Made by a program: the position numbers and the translations under genes | Notes under the pieces: generated by a model | What the model saw: only the letters and a program-made list of their open reading frames with translations | What the model was told of the DNA's origin: nothing | The model's database searches: none | Shown here: positions 62,731 to 64,000 of the stretch, piece after piece | Numbering within the stretch: position 1 is the first letter of the stretch | Layout of the letters: each line of letters starts with the position of its first letter | NCBI GenBank assembly: GCA_030295235.1 | Contig: AP026142.1 | Span: 248,001-312,000 of the forward strand | Reading direction: 5' to 3' | DNA: 64,000 nt | From: Fistulifera solaris | Taxonomy: Eukaryota

Positions 62731-64000
62731 ATGGATTCTTCTTGTTCTTCCCTACAACGACTGTTAACTCCCGAACAAGCCACTGCGGCGTGTGATACAT
62801 GGCGTCAATTCTACGAACAGGTCTGGTTGCCCTTGCACATTCCGACGAGGACCGTCTGGCAGCAAGCCTGGTGGCTCGCCGTACAAGATACCCGCGAGGC
62901 TACGGCCAGTAGTGTTCATTTTTGGATGTTGACGTTACGACCGTTTGTGCTGTTCGTGCGCATGACACTGCAATGGATACTACAAATCATTTGGAAGTAT
63001 GTCATTGTGAAAGGCATTTCGCAACAAGGTGTACATTATGTCAAGACAGCGGCTCGACGTTGGTATCGATGGCAGCGGTCTTTGACACGCGAACAATTGG
63101 TGATGGAATTGGTTCTAATCGTCTTGGTGCTGGCTCTTTATTATTTGCACCGTTTCTTGCAACGACAAACCTATTTTCAGAGACTATCGGCGTGGGTTCG
63201 AGCCAAAATGCGTGTGTTGCAACTCTACTACGACCGATCGAAGCGTGCGACTGCCAAGGTACGTACGTTGGTGTGATGGTATTATTTTGTTGGAAACGAT
63301 AGAAGTACTTTGGCACCCAATGTCGATCCTTATTATTTCGGGGATGTTCATCCGTGACTCGCTTATTCGGGAGCGAGCGCGCATGTCACCTTTGTATATC
63401 TGTACTTATACGTTTGGGCTTGTGAATTTTCCGTTGCAAGTGTCGCTTCTCCTAAGTAACTCCGTCGACCCGAATGTTCACCATCGCGAAAAGCGCATCC
63501 TTTTGGTTTCATTATTGTTTTCGATCATCTTCACTCAAACTTCAAATTGTATTCTTGGAACAGGCCTATGAACGCACTGTACGGAAAATTGCCACAACAT
63601 CACTGCGATTGGCTGTCATGATGCCTCATTTGCTGTTTTGGGGATTTGCGGCGGTGACCAAATGGTTATTACCGTCCTTGTTTCAGTGGCTCGCGTGTGA
63701 TACGGCCCTCCTTCCCGTTTTAAGGTTATGGTATCCTGTCACGGCGACCCTTTTGTTGTTGCACGACATGAAATTAGTCAATCAACAACAGCTCAAAACA
63801 ATAGCCAGTACTGCTACACGAACGCCCCAGCGGAAAACATCGTCGTCGACGCCTCGGACGCCACTGTTGCGCATGTTTCCCCGAACGACTCCCGCCTCGG
63901 AACCCCGAAAACGTCGAGAAGTGAACGAAATGAAGGAGCGCGAAACATATTGGCTCCAATTTTGGTTGACGAATGCGGCATTTTTGTGCGGAAAAGGTGT
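62731..64000 (+). CDS. Membrane protein, 3' partial, with HVA22/REEP-like motifs (intron 63259-63563)
   Basis: Splice TAK|AYER keeps the frame open to the window end. Several TM helices. WYPV.AT and YWLQFW motifs. Confidence 0.6.

Overview
Gene-dense, intron-containing eukaryotic nuclear DNA, almost certainly from a (pennate) diatom. The evidence is short GT-AG introns, ASAFAP-type bipartite plastid presequences, a GQVGIRCxHC-domain gene typical of diatoms, and RxL/Pro-rich secreted proteins. About 30 genes are supported: RabGGTase beta, plastid KASII (fabF), CBS-NhaD antiporter, RluA pseudouridine synthase, stand-alone glutamine-dependent CPS, a two-exon mitochondrial ATP synthase epsilon absent from the ORF track, APE2-like endonuclease, a disrupted divergent P450, a family-16 methyltransferase, a VASt/GRAM-type protein, TPP2, two subtilisins, tRNA-Ile(AAT), TRAPPC8, NUP85, an AspH-like dioxygenase, RPS9, two glycosyltransferases, two fasciclins and a small Cys-rich protein. 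A PIF/Harbinger remnant sits at the left edge. Many genes are broken by single-base shifts at homopolymers, most likely assembly errors. The most interesting candidates are (1) a USP8/AMSH-like N-terminus joined to a putative Cys-His-Asp, tegument-like deubiquitinase domain, (2) a run of secreted adhesion and glycosylation genes at 48-62 kb, (3) the CBS-NhaD and BAR-like/VASt architectures, (4) a recurrent intergenic TACCGGTA palindrome and (5) a structured RPS9 intron. All family assignments come from motif recognition, with no database searches.
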